From positions 25,544,001-25,608,000 of the forward strand of contig CM060731.1 of the NCBI GenBank assembly GCA_030704615.1: 64,000 bases of DNA, in the 5' to 3' direction. The notes beneath the pieces were generated by a model. That model ran no database searches and was not told the DNA's origin. It saw only the letters and a list, made by a program, of their open reading frames with translations. This document shows, piece by piece, positions 26,641 through 40,500 of the stretch; position 1 is the stretch's first letter; each line of letters starts with the position of its first letter. This DNA is from Takakia lepidozioides. Taxonomy: Eukaryota > Plantae > Bryophyta. The position numbers were made by a program, and so were the translations under genes.

Positions 26641-27295
26641 CACTCTTGTGTATAGGAATCAACGTCCACCACGACTACGAGTATGCTTTCAACAGGATCT
26701 CATCATCAACATGAAACGAGTGCATCTCAATAACTCCCTCACACAAACGACCTGCCAAAAATGTAAATCATGAAGTTGTAAGCCGTCATAAAGCAACCAC
26801 CGAAAATTATAGGTCTAAAAGCAACCAAAACTTCGATTGACAGTCACTATAAGAACAATCAGTAGGGTGGAGCTCTGTAAGATCATTACCCACTGTACAC
26901 TGGACACAAGATTTTCTCCATCAACGTTGCCACTGGGTAATAGGGTAACCTCCGATTGGGCTTCAGATTCCACTACATTAAGGCTTCACTCATCAGTTGG
27001 TGTTGTCCATGGACTCTGTGAAGGAGGGCAGGCACTTGGTGGTCAATGGACTGGAGACAGTCCTGATAACATTAACCTTTCTGTCTCAATTACTGACACC
27101 TTCAGCATACTCGAGACAAAAGCATTTGGATAGAAGTAGTAAGTGGCTAGAGTATGTTTGACAATTTCAAACATTTCAATGACAAGGCAATGAGCCATAC
27201 CAGAGTGAGGTCTGCTCCTGACCTGGACAGTCGCATTGAGAAGATGAGGGACAATGTTCTGAAAATGAACTCCACGCTTCTTTCACGAAAAGCAT

Positions 27296-27400
27296 TCACC
27301 TTTATGTCTCCATTGTCCCACCATTGTCTGGGGTCGGGAAAGTGTTCATTCCAAAGCTTCTCCTCTGTTATCTGTTTTTGGATACTTTCCTGCTGCCACA
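27296..27400 (-). pseudogene. Fragment with the first half of an OSB-type PDF ssDNA-binding motif
   Basis: EEKLWNEHFPDPRQWWDNGDIKVN resembles the motif LW..FF.NP..WWDNR..K.N. Truncated before PDFKHK. Confidence 0.6.
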
Positions 27401-29865
27401 TCGGCAGTAACTTGTCAAAGTCACTCCAAACCACCACAGATCCACCCAACGAGCTAACTTACAGAATTCAATATGATAAATATGATGAAGAGGGAAAATG
27501 AGAGGGAAAATATCTCAAATGAGATGCAAATATCTCATTTATATCTCAGAATTCAATATGATGAAGAGGGCAAAACAGGCAGAAATAGGTGGAAGAAGAA
27601 GGTGCCCTCACCACATTGTCCTCGAGACCTTGTCTCATGACCCATGGAAGATTTGACCGACCATCAACCCAAAAAGACCTCTTGTGTGTTGAGTCTGTAG
27701 TCAGGTAATGTCGGATTGGTCAGTGAGAACCACCACGGTGCAGCTGAGCAGGCAGAGATTGAAACACGGTCTGCTAAGACCAAGCCGACTCTCCCAAGAA
27801 CCTTGTAAACATAAGGAAGAATACCAAATCGTGGTGCTAACAGGAGCCAAGTGCTAATACTCTTCATTTCAGAGCTTATCCTCGTCTATGTTATATTCTG
27901 TGAAAAATGTTGTGCAGCATCCACCAGGATCGACCGGTGTGTGAAACTCCTCCGCGCATGGCATCGTCGTCCCTTCCCCGCGCTGCAAGACAGTTACTTT
28001 TGGGCAGTTCGGGCAGATATAAAACATTTGACGACGATGACATGGCTACGAACGTGGCGACGATGACATGGTGACGACAATGACATGGTGACGATGATGA
28101 GGCACGATGGCACCCTATTCCTGCTCTATGCTAAACTAGCTTCTGACCTTCGGTCGTCGCTACAATGAGGCAAACAGCGGATTTCGTCAGCAAAATAAAT
28201 CAAGGTATCGGGTTTCACCAACGAAATTTCAAGGTATCGTTGCGTAGGTCATTATCCAAGGGTTTCGTGGGCGAAACAAAATGAGTTGTGTTTGATTATG
28301 CGTATGAGGAACGACGTGAGATTGGTTTATTTCGCTAACGAATTGTTACATGCTTATTGCGGTAGGTCATTCCCCATGCTTTCATGGGCGAACAAAGAGA
28401 ATTTCGCATATTAGTGATTGCTACGAATGTCAACTGCACATGATTAAATATGCAACTATTAATCAACGAAAATTGCACAAATTTCACGTTTTTAAAGCAT
28501 TTTCCAAGAATATTCTTGGAATATGTTGCATATGCTCTTCTGCTCATGTGAGCGCAGTCGCACATAGGCTCTCCCCAACCTCCTTGGAAGTGGTTGTGGG
28601 TTGAATCCACTGATTGGTGTCACAAGGTAGTCGACCTACGTGCCGGAAGGCAATAGCCCTTGGGGGCAAGAGATACCATAATTTGCGCTTCCTTATGGAT
28701 GCATCATGTATTATTATTACAAAGGAATCAGGGGGTTTAAGAACCCAAAAGTTCACCAGAAAACGTGAGTAGTTGATATTAGGAACCTGATTTTGCCTAC
28801 GTGAGCCTGTTAGAACGTGCCACCTGTTACATATCCACTTTTCTATCCTGCCACCTCATATTCTGGCCACATGGTTGTTGGGTGGAATTTACATGTGGCC
28901 CATGTGAAAAATGGAAAAAAAAACACTAGTTAGGATGACCATCCTACTTGACTGAAAACGGTGGGACACCCAGTTTTCCAAACAACACACCCAAGTTTTT
29001 CCCAAAACCAAACGGGCAGCACAGTGCAGTTCGCAAATCACTATAAAGGAAGTATACCCGTTATCTTATCAAATAATCTGAAAACTTAAGAGAAGGTGAC
29101 CAATATTATGGGGCGTGTTCCCAAGCCGTTTAGGCATTTTGAACAGATTTGTGAATTTGTTTCTTACTCAGATTGTAGAGACTTTTTCATGCTCAATACA
29201 AAATACAGAGAAGATTCAAATGCCTGCAGCAAACTGCTATGAAATTTTAGATGCCCCTGAGCTAGCCATCTTTCCCACAACATAAACAGTAGTATGTACA
29301 ATTGAGAGAGTACACTACAATAAAAACAATGTCAATATTATTAATAGTACACGGGCCATGTTCAGCCATGCATGCTTTCATTTAGAAGGTTAACTATAGT
29401 CCACAATTGCAGCAGACCAAGTTTATTCCTACACAGACCAATCTAATTCAGGAAGGGCTCATATCCCTCACCGAATTGATGTCACAATGCAATACTCCTA
29501 GTCCTGCTGGAGCAGTGGATGAAAGAGGCATAGGCCACAGCATAACAATGCAAAACTGAGAGAGTACAGGAAGCTATCTAGTCCATTGACTTAAGGGCTT
29601 AGTTGTGATACTTCAGCATTGATGTCCTGCAAAATGTTGTCAGCGGGAGACACTGACATGCCAAATGTCAACCAAATGACACATGAGAGACCACTTTCAA
29701 GAAATCACCAACTTGTGATGTGCATGTCCGTTTTAACTACATTGACATTTCCCCTTCCAAGCTACCCAGGAGAGATGCACTCCCGGTAAATTCAGCTGAA
29801 GTCAGTTTATGTCAAAATCAATAACTTGATAAATCAAATGCAATCGCGAAATCAAATTTAGGGCA

Positions 29866-32800
29866 TCAATACAGTTTGCAAAGCTGCGGTCTGCTGCAAA
29901 AGAGGCGTCCACTCTTACGCACCAATGTTGCAAGACCTGCTGTAAATCCTGCTAATACTATGGCATAAACATACTGGTACACATCCGTGCCCGCTGCACC
30001 CACCCAACCCATACGCAGATGTGAGAAATGGATGCTTTACATGTGTGTCCACTTTGAATATAACTATCACTTGACCTGAAGGGCAGGGTTTCCTGTTGGA
30101 TACTAACCCTCCTTCAGGCAGTAATGTGAGTTCTCCACCTACCAGAGCACCCAACTCAGCTCGACCTGAAGGGCAGGGTTTCCTGTTGGATACTAACCCT
30201 CCTTCAGGCAGTAATGTGAGTTCTCCACCTACCAGAGCACCCAACTCAGCTCGACCTGAAGGGCAGGGTTTCCTGTTGGATACTAACCCTCCTTCAGGCA
30301 GTAATGTGAGTTCTCCACCTACCAGAGTACCCAACTCAGCTCAAATTGACTCTGTTGTCAATGATCCTTTTGTGCATAAGCTACTGCATACCCTTGAGGC
30401 TGCATCCCCACCAGATGCTCTCAAAACGGGCTACTGTATCCACTTACCAACCTACTAAATTGCACCCCATACTGCAGGTTCAGATGACTAAGAGAGAGAG
30501 AGAACACACGCGACTGCTTGCTAATACGGTCCAAAGGATACCTTGGCGAATGGAGAGAGAGGTTAAAGTAACACCCGTCACAATCAAAGCTGAAGCCACC
30601 GGGAGGTACTGCATCATCCACCAATTGTCAGAATCTGCCTCAAAGTGGAAACAAAAGAAAGACTATACAATAGACTATGAGAAGGAAGTAAACTTCTGTG
30701 AAAAGGGACCAAGAAAACAGAGGAGGAGACTCACTGCAGATGCATCCAACTGAAAAGGCATCAAGAAAAAAGAGGAGGAGACTCACTGCATATGCATCCA
30801 ACCCAGTCAACTGAAATGGAGAGGGACTGCCACGGCTCACTGTATAGTGCCCTGCTACAAGATCCATAGCATCCTGGCAAAACCAAGAACTTCCTCATAC
30901 AAATCTCTTTTCGAACCTGTACAGCTTATATCCACACAAGCATCACCAGAACCAAGTCCATTCTGCCCTCACTGGTGGGAAAAGTAAGAGGTCACTCTTG
31001 CTTCGATATTTACATAATGAGCTTTCTGGACTACATAAACAGTGGTCCACAATGAAGTTTCAATATAACGACACCCATTATACTCCCTAATTGGACTAAA
31101 GCAAGACATTTGTCATGAGGACAGTTATCATAATCACTTTCAAGAAAGGCTATAGCAAGTGAGGCATCAGATCAAGGCTTGGACAACAACAGGACTCTGC
31201 CCTGAACACAAAGAGCAATTGGGGTTCTGATTGGTGACTTGCAACATGTAAGGCCATGTGGTGTCTTCATAGCATTGTCTGTAATGACACGACCAACAAA
31301 CCAGGATACTTGTTCTTTAGAGAGGGATTCACAGAAACAAATGGCAAGCTGCTGCTGATGGAATACCTGTCTGACACCATCTTGGAAGTTGTTATAGTAG
31401 TAACGGGCCAGTGAATTGATCCCGTCCTGAATGAGTCCATGCAGAGTCCGCCTCCCGAACCTTTCAACGTCAACAAACCAACCCCATAAGCATGAGAGAT
31501 TCCCATACCGATGCTCAGTTTCAAAAGTCAAAATCATCAATCCAGACCTGCTTGTCTACCAACCTCACCCCAGAAGAGACATCCAAAGCACAGTTTTTAT
31601 CTTGCTAGAATCTGTCAGAAATAGGATACCTCACAAAGTCGCCCTTGAGAGCCTGAGTGCCGGAGTACTGAATGCTTATTTCATCTCCGTGATCAGCCCA
31701 CACTGTTCACAAAGATGTAGAATCCACAATCACCATAATGCTCAATGGTCACAACACATGAGCCAGTGAATTCCAATGACAAATAGAAATCCCAACCAAC
31801 TCAAATGGCACAAATAAATTGATAGCCGGGTGCCCTAATTCATGACGTGATTTGAAGAATCGCAAAGTAGCAGGGAAACCAATAATATTTCACAGAAACA
31901 AGCCCTATTTTCCAAAGAAGGACAGAAACAAGGAAGAGAAAAAGAGAAAAGATGATGAAGATGTACTTAACAAACTTAAAAGTTTGCCATAGCACTGTGG
32001 CCATGGATTACAGAGAGAGAATGTACTCAAAGACAGTGTTTGCCGTAGCCTTGTGGCCATAGACCCTGCCCCCAGTTTGTGCAGGGATAGACACTGTCTT
32101 TGTGAGCGGCTCACTCTGGTAGTGGGACTTACCTATATAAACGTTAGTTCGAGCTTTACAGATATCCTCTAGAAAGCTCTTCACACAAGCATCATCTGCT
32201 GTGTGTGAGCAACAAGAGAGACTGTACTCATGCCATTGTCTGCGAACATTCTTGCCATAGCCTTACGGCCGTTGACCTGCGGGAAACTAACCCTCCAGGA
32301 GCCTTTTGTGGGGTTCACACCCACCAGGGTTTACCTTATCCCTGCAGTTCAGCAGCAGGTATAAACTTATTTTCCCACAACTGCCTTAGGGGGTTCACAG
32401 AGGCACTTGTCTGCATGCAAACTCGAGAGCCTGGTTGCAGAGTTATTGATATTAGTTTTACAGCCCTGCGTTTCCCATAGAAATGACATGCTTGGGGACA
32501 TGCGGGGCACAGGTTTCCGCCTGTCACTCTGGGCAGGGCAACTCAAGAGAGAGAGAGAGAGAGAGACTTTGGAAGACAATACAAACAGTTTTGTAGGGAG
32601 ATTATGCAATCATTGCACATAACTTACAAATTTTAAACTTCTCATCAAAATCCAAATGTTGAAAGAGAGTCTCAGAGGCCTCGAAAAGGCCAATTCGCTT
32701 TAGTTGTGTCTCCAAAGCCTTCCGCCCTATCAAGCTCTGGGTGACCACAACCCTCCTGATGTAAGAAAAACTCATGCCACCAATTTGATGCTCATTACTG

Positions 32801-34480
32801 TGCTTAATGTCCACAAAACCTAGTTGCAAATATGTCATAACATGGGGGAGGAGGTTGAATCACAAGGGTAATATAGCACTGGAGCTGAGAAGGGCTTCCC
32901 TATGTGATGGGGACCTAAGATCTCCCCCTAATTCCTGTTTTGGAAGTCCATACTAACTAACATGGAGTCATGCCCGCTGTTCAATGAGGAATGTCCCTTC
33001 TTACCTCTTCCTTTTTCTGATACCCTCTACCCCACGAAGAAAGTATTACCTGGGTAACATTCGTGCGGTCTAGACAGTCAATACAATTTGTTCTAACCAC
33101 GCCCTTCTGCTCTTCCAGCTTCCTCCCCTCAGAATCTACCAAAAAATAGCTGCCACCAAACACAAACCGTGAATAAAAGACATGAAGTCGGCATGTATCT
33201 GAAGCAAAGGTGGGCTCAGAAGCAATAAAAAGCGAAATTGTAACAGAAACATCAGTACTTTTTGTGAATAAGAACAACACATGCAAAGGGCAAACAAGAC
33301 ATCACAATAATTACCCTACAATAACCAGAAGATACTCATGAACCGGGGCAAAAAAGGCATTACCATTGCTTGCTCAAAGGCTCCTTTATGTCATCATACA
33401 AAGCTGATAGGCGTTCAAAGTGAATGTGGCCGCAGATGCGATGGAAATCAAAAGGGACATACCTAGAGTGAATCATTTGTGCCAAGTTGGTCAATATAGG
33501 AAATCAACCCACACATGAGCATGGGAGTTACCCCTTTCATTCACTCAGCATATTTAAGAAACAGCCAACCAAGGCCAACCCTATGTCATTGTGTGGTTAA
33601 AATTCAATTGGATAATTTTGTGGTAAAGCTATCGTGTACTTTTCAGTACTTTTCAGAACATGTACAGCAGCGCAGCCTTTGCAGCCCGCAGAATCAAACA
33701 AATCATGACCATACGTATGAGAGGCTTGCATAGTAGCTACACCAAAGGTGTGGAGCTTCTTGAATACAACCAAAAAAGATGTGCAACCACAGGCATATCA
33801 TACACACCTTATGGAGTCACTTATGAGCTTTTGCATGGCGTTGCCATATTCAACACTCAAGACTGCTTCGCTCCCTTGCTGCAATCAATATGAACGTTTA
33901 AGCTTCTCAGATGCGACAGGATCTCTTTGGCTCCCAATCAGTTCAAACAGGCAGAGGTATTTTGCTGTCTAAGTTACAAGAGTAACAGAAGGCAGTAGCC
34001 CTTTGGGGTGACGTGACACCATAAGTTACAACAATGTAGGCAGAACTCCAATAGTACATCTTGCCCAACTTCAAGATAGTCGAACTGTACTGTCACACAA
34101 CAATGGGTGCAGAAGTCACCTGGTTAATGAGGTCAATGGCCATAACATCACCATAGCGCTGTGACAGATCCTTGAAGTGCCGCTCCACCACCTTGGTCTG
34201 CATTTCTTGCACACAGCCAGTCTTTAATCAGCAATAGCTTCATCTGTCAGCTTGTGCTGCAGCTATAAGCGTTTTCACTATTGCATCCAATATGAGGCCC
34301 TATATGACTTGACCCTTGGAATCCTGCTTAAAGTTCTCCAAATACCCCATGCAGCTGCGATACAACGCAAATGTTTGATGACTTGGTCAATTTTCGGCCT
34401 GAATTACTTGATGGGCTAGGAGAGGCATGGACGCGGTTAACACTGCCCTCAATCCAGCCTAGAAACAAAGTGTGTCTTGG

Positions 34481-34518
<38 letters not shown>

Positions 34519-37500
34519 AAATTGGGCAGTCGTATGCTCTGTCTAGCATACTCGGCACTTGGGCTCGGGTTGGTTCCCGTGCTTAAACTTATGGCCTGCG
34601 AAAACAATAAATTTTTTAGCTCCTATCAACATCAACACTCCTCAGGGTGATCCCTGGGAATTGGTTACTTATGCCAAATCTAGGGCTTCATGTGTAGTTT
34701 TCGGGGTGAATCCCAGGATGGACGATGTGTCCTTTAAAACTACATGCTCTAGCTTAGGCTTGGATTTCATGGCTAATGGTACCATCTCGAGACTTGATAA
34801 CAGGGGTACGTTGAAGGTTGCAATGACCAAAAGGGCTTCTAATAGAGTCCCGCATCAATTCAATCTCAAAGAAGTTCGTCCCTTGACTGGCTGGAGAGCG
34901 GTCTTAGACATTGGTGATTCAATGGGGCGCTCTAGGAAGACAACCAAGGGCAACAACTTCAACTTGAGAGTTTCTAATCGGTTTGATGCTCTGGATGAGG
35001 TTGAATCCAAACAGCCAGAAGGACAAGATGCCCCTAAGTGTACGGAACCTGAACGTCCTGAATCTGAAGGATTTGGTACTCTGAATGGTTTACCAATCCT
35101 CAAGGTTTACACAAGACGAACAAATTCTATACACGGGGTAATTGTCCCCAAGCCGTCAGATGGACAATCTGTCCCTAAGTGTGCAGAGCCTGAACGTCGT
35201 GTAACTGAAGGATTTGGTACTCTAAATGGTTTACCAATCCTCAAAGTCTACACAAGACGAGCAAAATCGATACACGGGGTAATTGTCCCCAAGCAGTCTG
35301 ACGGACAATCTGCCCCTATGTGTGCGGAGCCTGTGCGTCGTGTAACTGAAAGATTTGGTACCCTGAATGGTTTACCAATTCTCAAAGTTTACACAAGACG
35401 AGCAAAATCTACACATGGGGTAACTGTCCCCCCTTTGCAGAACGGTTGGCCGTCCAGGAGCAATCACAAGCTACCTAGACGACAAACAATTCACACGCAA
35501 AGGGCTGGCTTGCGGCTGGCCACTTTCAACTTCTCAGGGTTGATCAACCAAAGGAAACAACTTGAAGTGGGACAAGTTCTTCGGACTAATGATATTCATA
35601 TCTGTGCTGGGCAAGAAACATGGGAAACGTCGGATAAACTGGTTGGAGATGTCATTGGTGACAGGTAAGATGTGTACTCTCAAGGCAGCCTCTGCCAAAC
35701 GCGGTCAAAAAGGGGTCGGATTCTTTGTCCGTGATTTCTTGTTTGACAATTGTGAAATTATCAACAAGGGTTTGAGGTACGAGCATAGTATCTGGCTAAA
35801 ACTGAATTTGAAGGGCGGCATGAGTACAAAGGACCTCTTTGTTGGTTGTGTTTACATGCCCACAGAGGGGACCCTTAGTGCTGACGCAGACAAGGCCTTC
35901 GAAGATGTAAAGCTGGACTGTGCTTCGTTCCTTGCCAAAGGTCAGGTGGTACTATTGGGGGACGTCAATGCCCAGGTGGGCAAAGGGATCCATCAGGACG
36001 ATATCATTGGACCTTTTGGTGAGGACGAGCTGAATTCTAATGGCAGACGGTTAATTAACTGTCTAGAAGAGCTTCAGCTTTTGACCTTGAATAACAGGAC
36101 AAGAGGTGACCAAGTGCAGTGGACTCGTGAGAAACCCCAAACTGGGGAACGTTCCATTGTGGACTATATCATAATGGACAAAATTTTGTTCCCCCAGTGT
36201 GCCAATGTGTTGATCGACAGAACTGATATTGGTACCTCTGACCACTTCCTGGTTTGGACTGAGATCAAAAGGTGTTTTCCCACCACCAAGAGATCTGTGA
36301 AACGTTCGATTCGGAAGTGGCGCATAGAAAAATTCCACAATGAGGAGGTCAAGGCTGAGTACGTCCAGGCCTTGCAAGAGGCTCTCCCTCATTTTGTCCA
36401 AAGAGCAGTGGACTCTTGGGAGAGTTTAGTTTCCTCCGTGGCTGACAAGATCATTGGGAGGAAACTAATTGTCTGCGGTAGAGCAGTTAATTGGTGGACT
36501 AATGAGATTAAACTCAAGATAGCTGAGAGTGCTGCAATTTGGAAACCAACAGAGAATTGTGGGCGAGGTACTACCAGCTCCGTAAAGATATCAATCAGCT
36601 TGTTAGGTCTCAGAAGAAAGTATACTGGGACAAGTTATACAGTGAAATAAACTCAAACCACCATGGTGGTAATGACAAGAAATTCTGGTTGGCCCTTCAA
36701 CGTTTGTACAAGCCGAAAAACGGTCAGCAAGTACAAGCGCTGAAGACTACTAAAGGTGCAGTGGTGACTTCATCGGTTGACATTGTCAAAACCTTTGAAA
36801 CTCACTACAGTATCCTTGGCCGAACTTCTAGGTCTAACAGCGAGGGGTCTTCTGCTGAATGGAGGGACACAGTTGGAAAAACTGTCCCTATGATTCAAAA
36901 CAGCCCTGATGAACTGGAGTATATTTCAATGGCTTATAATGCTCCCATTAGTTCTTCTGAGATTGTGGAAGCAATTGAACATTTAAATGGATATAAAGCT
37001 GGTGGACCTGATGGTATTGTCAATGAGCTTATCAAGCACGGTGGCGATCCCATGATAGAGGCCCTAGTTCTCCACTTTAACCTTATCTGGAAGACTGAAA
37101 TGATCCCCTTTCGCTGGCGACAGGGGGTCATTGTCAATCTATACAAGAAGGGTGACAGAGAAGAACCGGGGAACTACCGTGGCATCACGCTCCTCAATGC
37201 TGTTGGCAAGATTTTCTGCAGAGTTATAAGTACTCGTCTCAAGGTTGATCTGGAGTCTAGAGGTTGTTTCCACGAAGGCCAAGCTGGCTTTCGGCGAAAC
37301 AGGGGCTGTATGGATCATATCTTCACTCTAAGCCAGATTATCCAGGGAAGGAAAAAAGAAGGGAAACCCACTTATGTCTTTTTCCTCGATGTCAAAAAGG
37401 CTTATGACACAGTGTGGAGAGATGGCCTATGGTTCCGCCTCTGGTCTTGTGGGATCAAGGGAAAGATGTGGAGAGTTGTCCACAACTTGTATGCTCACAC

Positions 37501-40500
37501 CAAAAGCTGTATCACTGTTAACGGACAGAAGTCCAACTTCTTTGACATAGACCAAGGTGTAGCTCAAGGTTGTACTCTCTCCCCTCTGCTCTTCAAAGGT
37601 TTTCATCAATCAACTCCTCGAGGATGTGGAAAGTGAGGGATTTGGGTTAAGGGTGGGTGATACCACCATACCAGCCCTTATGTCTGCGGATGACTTCGCA
37701 GGCATAGGGGAGACTCCAACCAATCTCCAGGAGTTGATTGATTGCGCGAAGAGATACTTTGATCTTTGGGGGCTAGAGGCTAATGTCAGCAAATGTGCAG
37801 TGGTAGCATTCAACGACAGAGGAGAGGGAGGAAGTGATCTTAAGTGGCAGTGGGGTAGCCAAGAGATCCCGGTCCTCCCTTCCTACACTTACCTGGGCGT
37901 TGAGTTCTCCTCCAATTGTAATTGGGATGCACATATCCGGAAAATTGTTCAAACTGGCAAGGGCAAAGCTCTGGGGCTCACTAAATTTTTCCACTGCAGA
38001 GGGGTCAACTCTGAGGTTAAGAAAACCATGCTTTGTCGCGTTATTAGACCTGCCTTGGAGTACGGATCTGCAATATGGGTTGATAACTCCAACCAGGCTA
38101 AGTCTCTAGAATCCATTCAAGTGGGGGTGCTTAAGGAGTGTATGTCAGCATGCTCCAAAACAGCCAATGTGGCTGTTCGGGGTGAGTTTGGCATTCCGTC
38201 CTTAAGCTCCCGACGAGATGAATTCAAGGTCAGATGGTGGGGTCAGCTGCAACATATGCCCAACACCAGATATCCTAAGTTAATCGACTCTATATCTTGG
38301 AAACAGGACCGCCCTGTCAAACAGGCTAAGTCCTGGCAGAAGAGAGTAGAAGAGATTCTCAAGGACCTGGACCTGGATCCGCAAGTCTTGACCCTGCTGG
38401 ATAAATCTGACTTAGAGGCTGTAGTGTCCTCAGCCATGTCTGTTGCCATGAGATTGTCTGATGAAAATGAAGTTAGGCAGAAAACTTCCCTGAACTTGTT
38501 TCCAGTCAGTGACATGGGGGAGGACATCTTGGATGACCTCAAGGGTCTACCCACTCTCGGCACTAGACTGAAATTTAAACTCAGGGCAGGAAGCCTACCT
38601 TTGAACAGCAAACAGAAGCAGAGAGGAAAGGGAGAGTGCAATTGCCCGTTGTGTGGGCAATCTGAAGAGAGTATTCATTTTCTGATACACTGTCCGGGGT
38701 TCTCTCACCAAAGAGACGCTCTCTTCAAATCTATCAAGGGAATTGTGCCTGTACCCCTGTTTACCAACTTTGAAAGTCTCGAGGCTGAGCCAAAAGCCCA
38801 GGCCCTCCTGAGGCCTGGTTTTTGGGCAAATCACACACAGCAGATTGATGCTTGTGTGAAGGGATTTCTAGAGGATATCTGGAAAACCCGGATTAATTCT
38901 ATATATCAAGGTAAGTCTTACTACCAACGTCAGCCCCTGACAGAGGTAGGTTCTGTCCCTTTTGTTCCCGCTCAAACTGGGCGCGGGGTCAATGGCCACA
39001 AGGCTACGGCAAACAACGTCTTATGAGTACAATCTCTCTCTCTCTCTCTTGAGAGAGGAAACAAAACCAGAACCAGAATATTCATTTTCTGATTCACTGT
39101 CCGGGGTACTCTCATCAGAGACGCTCTCCTCCAATCTATCAAGAGAATTGTGCCTGTACCTATGTTTACCAACTTTGAAAGTCTCAAGGCTGAGCCAGAA
39201 GCCCAGGCCCTTCCAGGGCCTAGTTACTGGGCAAACCACACACAGCAGATTGATGCTTGTGTGAAGGGATTTCTAGAGGATATCTGGAAAACCTGAATCA
39301 ATGTTCTTTATCAAGGTAGGTCTTACTACCGACATCAGCCAAGAGGTAAGTTCTGTCCCTTTGTGTTCCGCTCAAACTGGGCGCGGGGTCAATGGCCACA
39401 AGGCTACGGCAAACAACGTCTTATGAGTACAATCTCTGCTAAGGAAAATAGAAGGAACAAGACCAATGCACATGTTGTTAGCCCTCGCGCTATAAACCAC
39501 AGAAGGCACTCAACATGAGCACAAGTCAATCTTGGGACCACTTTGTATACTTTTGTGCAATCTCATACCGTTTCTTCAAAATTTGTGGCTTTGATCTTAG
39601 GCTTATAAGTAAGGTCCACGATTTGCTCCCACAGAACTGGAATCGACCCCCGCACCTGCATCCAGGCCATTAGAGCACTATATGATTAGTAATGCCACAC
39701 ACTGTAAGGGGAATTTGGATATCAGTGCAATACTCTCTGCAGACATTAACTAAATAGTGTGTAGTTCTTGGCATTGATACCTCTGTGAGGTTGCACACCT
39801 CCCCTCCCCCGATCAAATAAGCGCAGTGGCTAAACCCAAATCTATTCCGATCGTTGTTTTAACTCTCTCAATGCCCGAGCCTTTGAACAAGGGTGAAGCT
39901 AGCAAGGTTCTGCAGCTTAGAAAACAAGCCAGATAAAGTGGTGAAATGATGGGCACCTGGACATAAGAAGAAACAAAACCGTCTGTCTCAAGCACTTGTT
40001 CTGTTTCGACAAAATTGGCAACAGAGCCTTCCATGTTTGCTCCCCTTCGCCACATACGTGTCCCTGGAAACAGCATCAGGCCATAGTGGCGGAGCTATCA
40101 ATCTGCCCTTACGTGTATAATAAAACCAATATTTTTTCACTTTTGTTACACAATCCACAATATGACCCTTCAAAGTACCACACTGTTGGCCATAACCAAA
40201 CAACAAGGAAATTGCAATAACCACAGACTAAGAATCTGTGGCACAATGGACAAATTACCTTTCAACAATATATGAGAATGACTGTGATGTGAATGACAGC
40301 AGGTGCCTGGTGCATATGTAAAAGGATGAACTCGAGAGAGAATGTACAGTAGCCTTGTGGCCATAGACCCCGCGCCCAGTTTGGATGGAAACAGAGGGGT
40401 AAACACTACCTTAGTGAGGGGCTTGCTCCAGTAGTGGGACTTACCTTGATATAAACAATTAGTTCGGGCTTTCCAGATATCCTCTAGGAAAGCCTTCACA

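Larger units (their letters stand above)
14901..28165 (-). mobile_element. Non-autonomous Helitron/Helentron-like element, unit 2, about 13 kb, head-to-tail with unit 1, carrying gene fragments
   Basis: 14901-15030 is homologous to 8855-9000 (3' terminus; first 33 nt identical). 28030-28165 is homologous to 14780-14900 (5' terminus TTGTAGCGACGACCGAAGGTCAGAAGCTAG). Confidence 0.78.

Noticed and set aside
30073-30342. CRISPR-like array in the 90-bp, 69-bp or 141-bp repeats
   Set aside because: Units are contiguous with no unique spacers, the context is eukaryotic, and there are no cas genes.
38975-39030. Self-cleaving ribozyme at the LINE 3' end
   Set aside because: No hammerhead core (CUGANGA/GAAA) or convincing HDV-like pairing; only a small hairpin.
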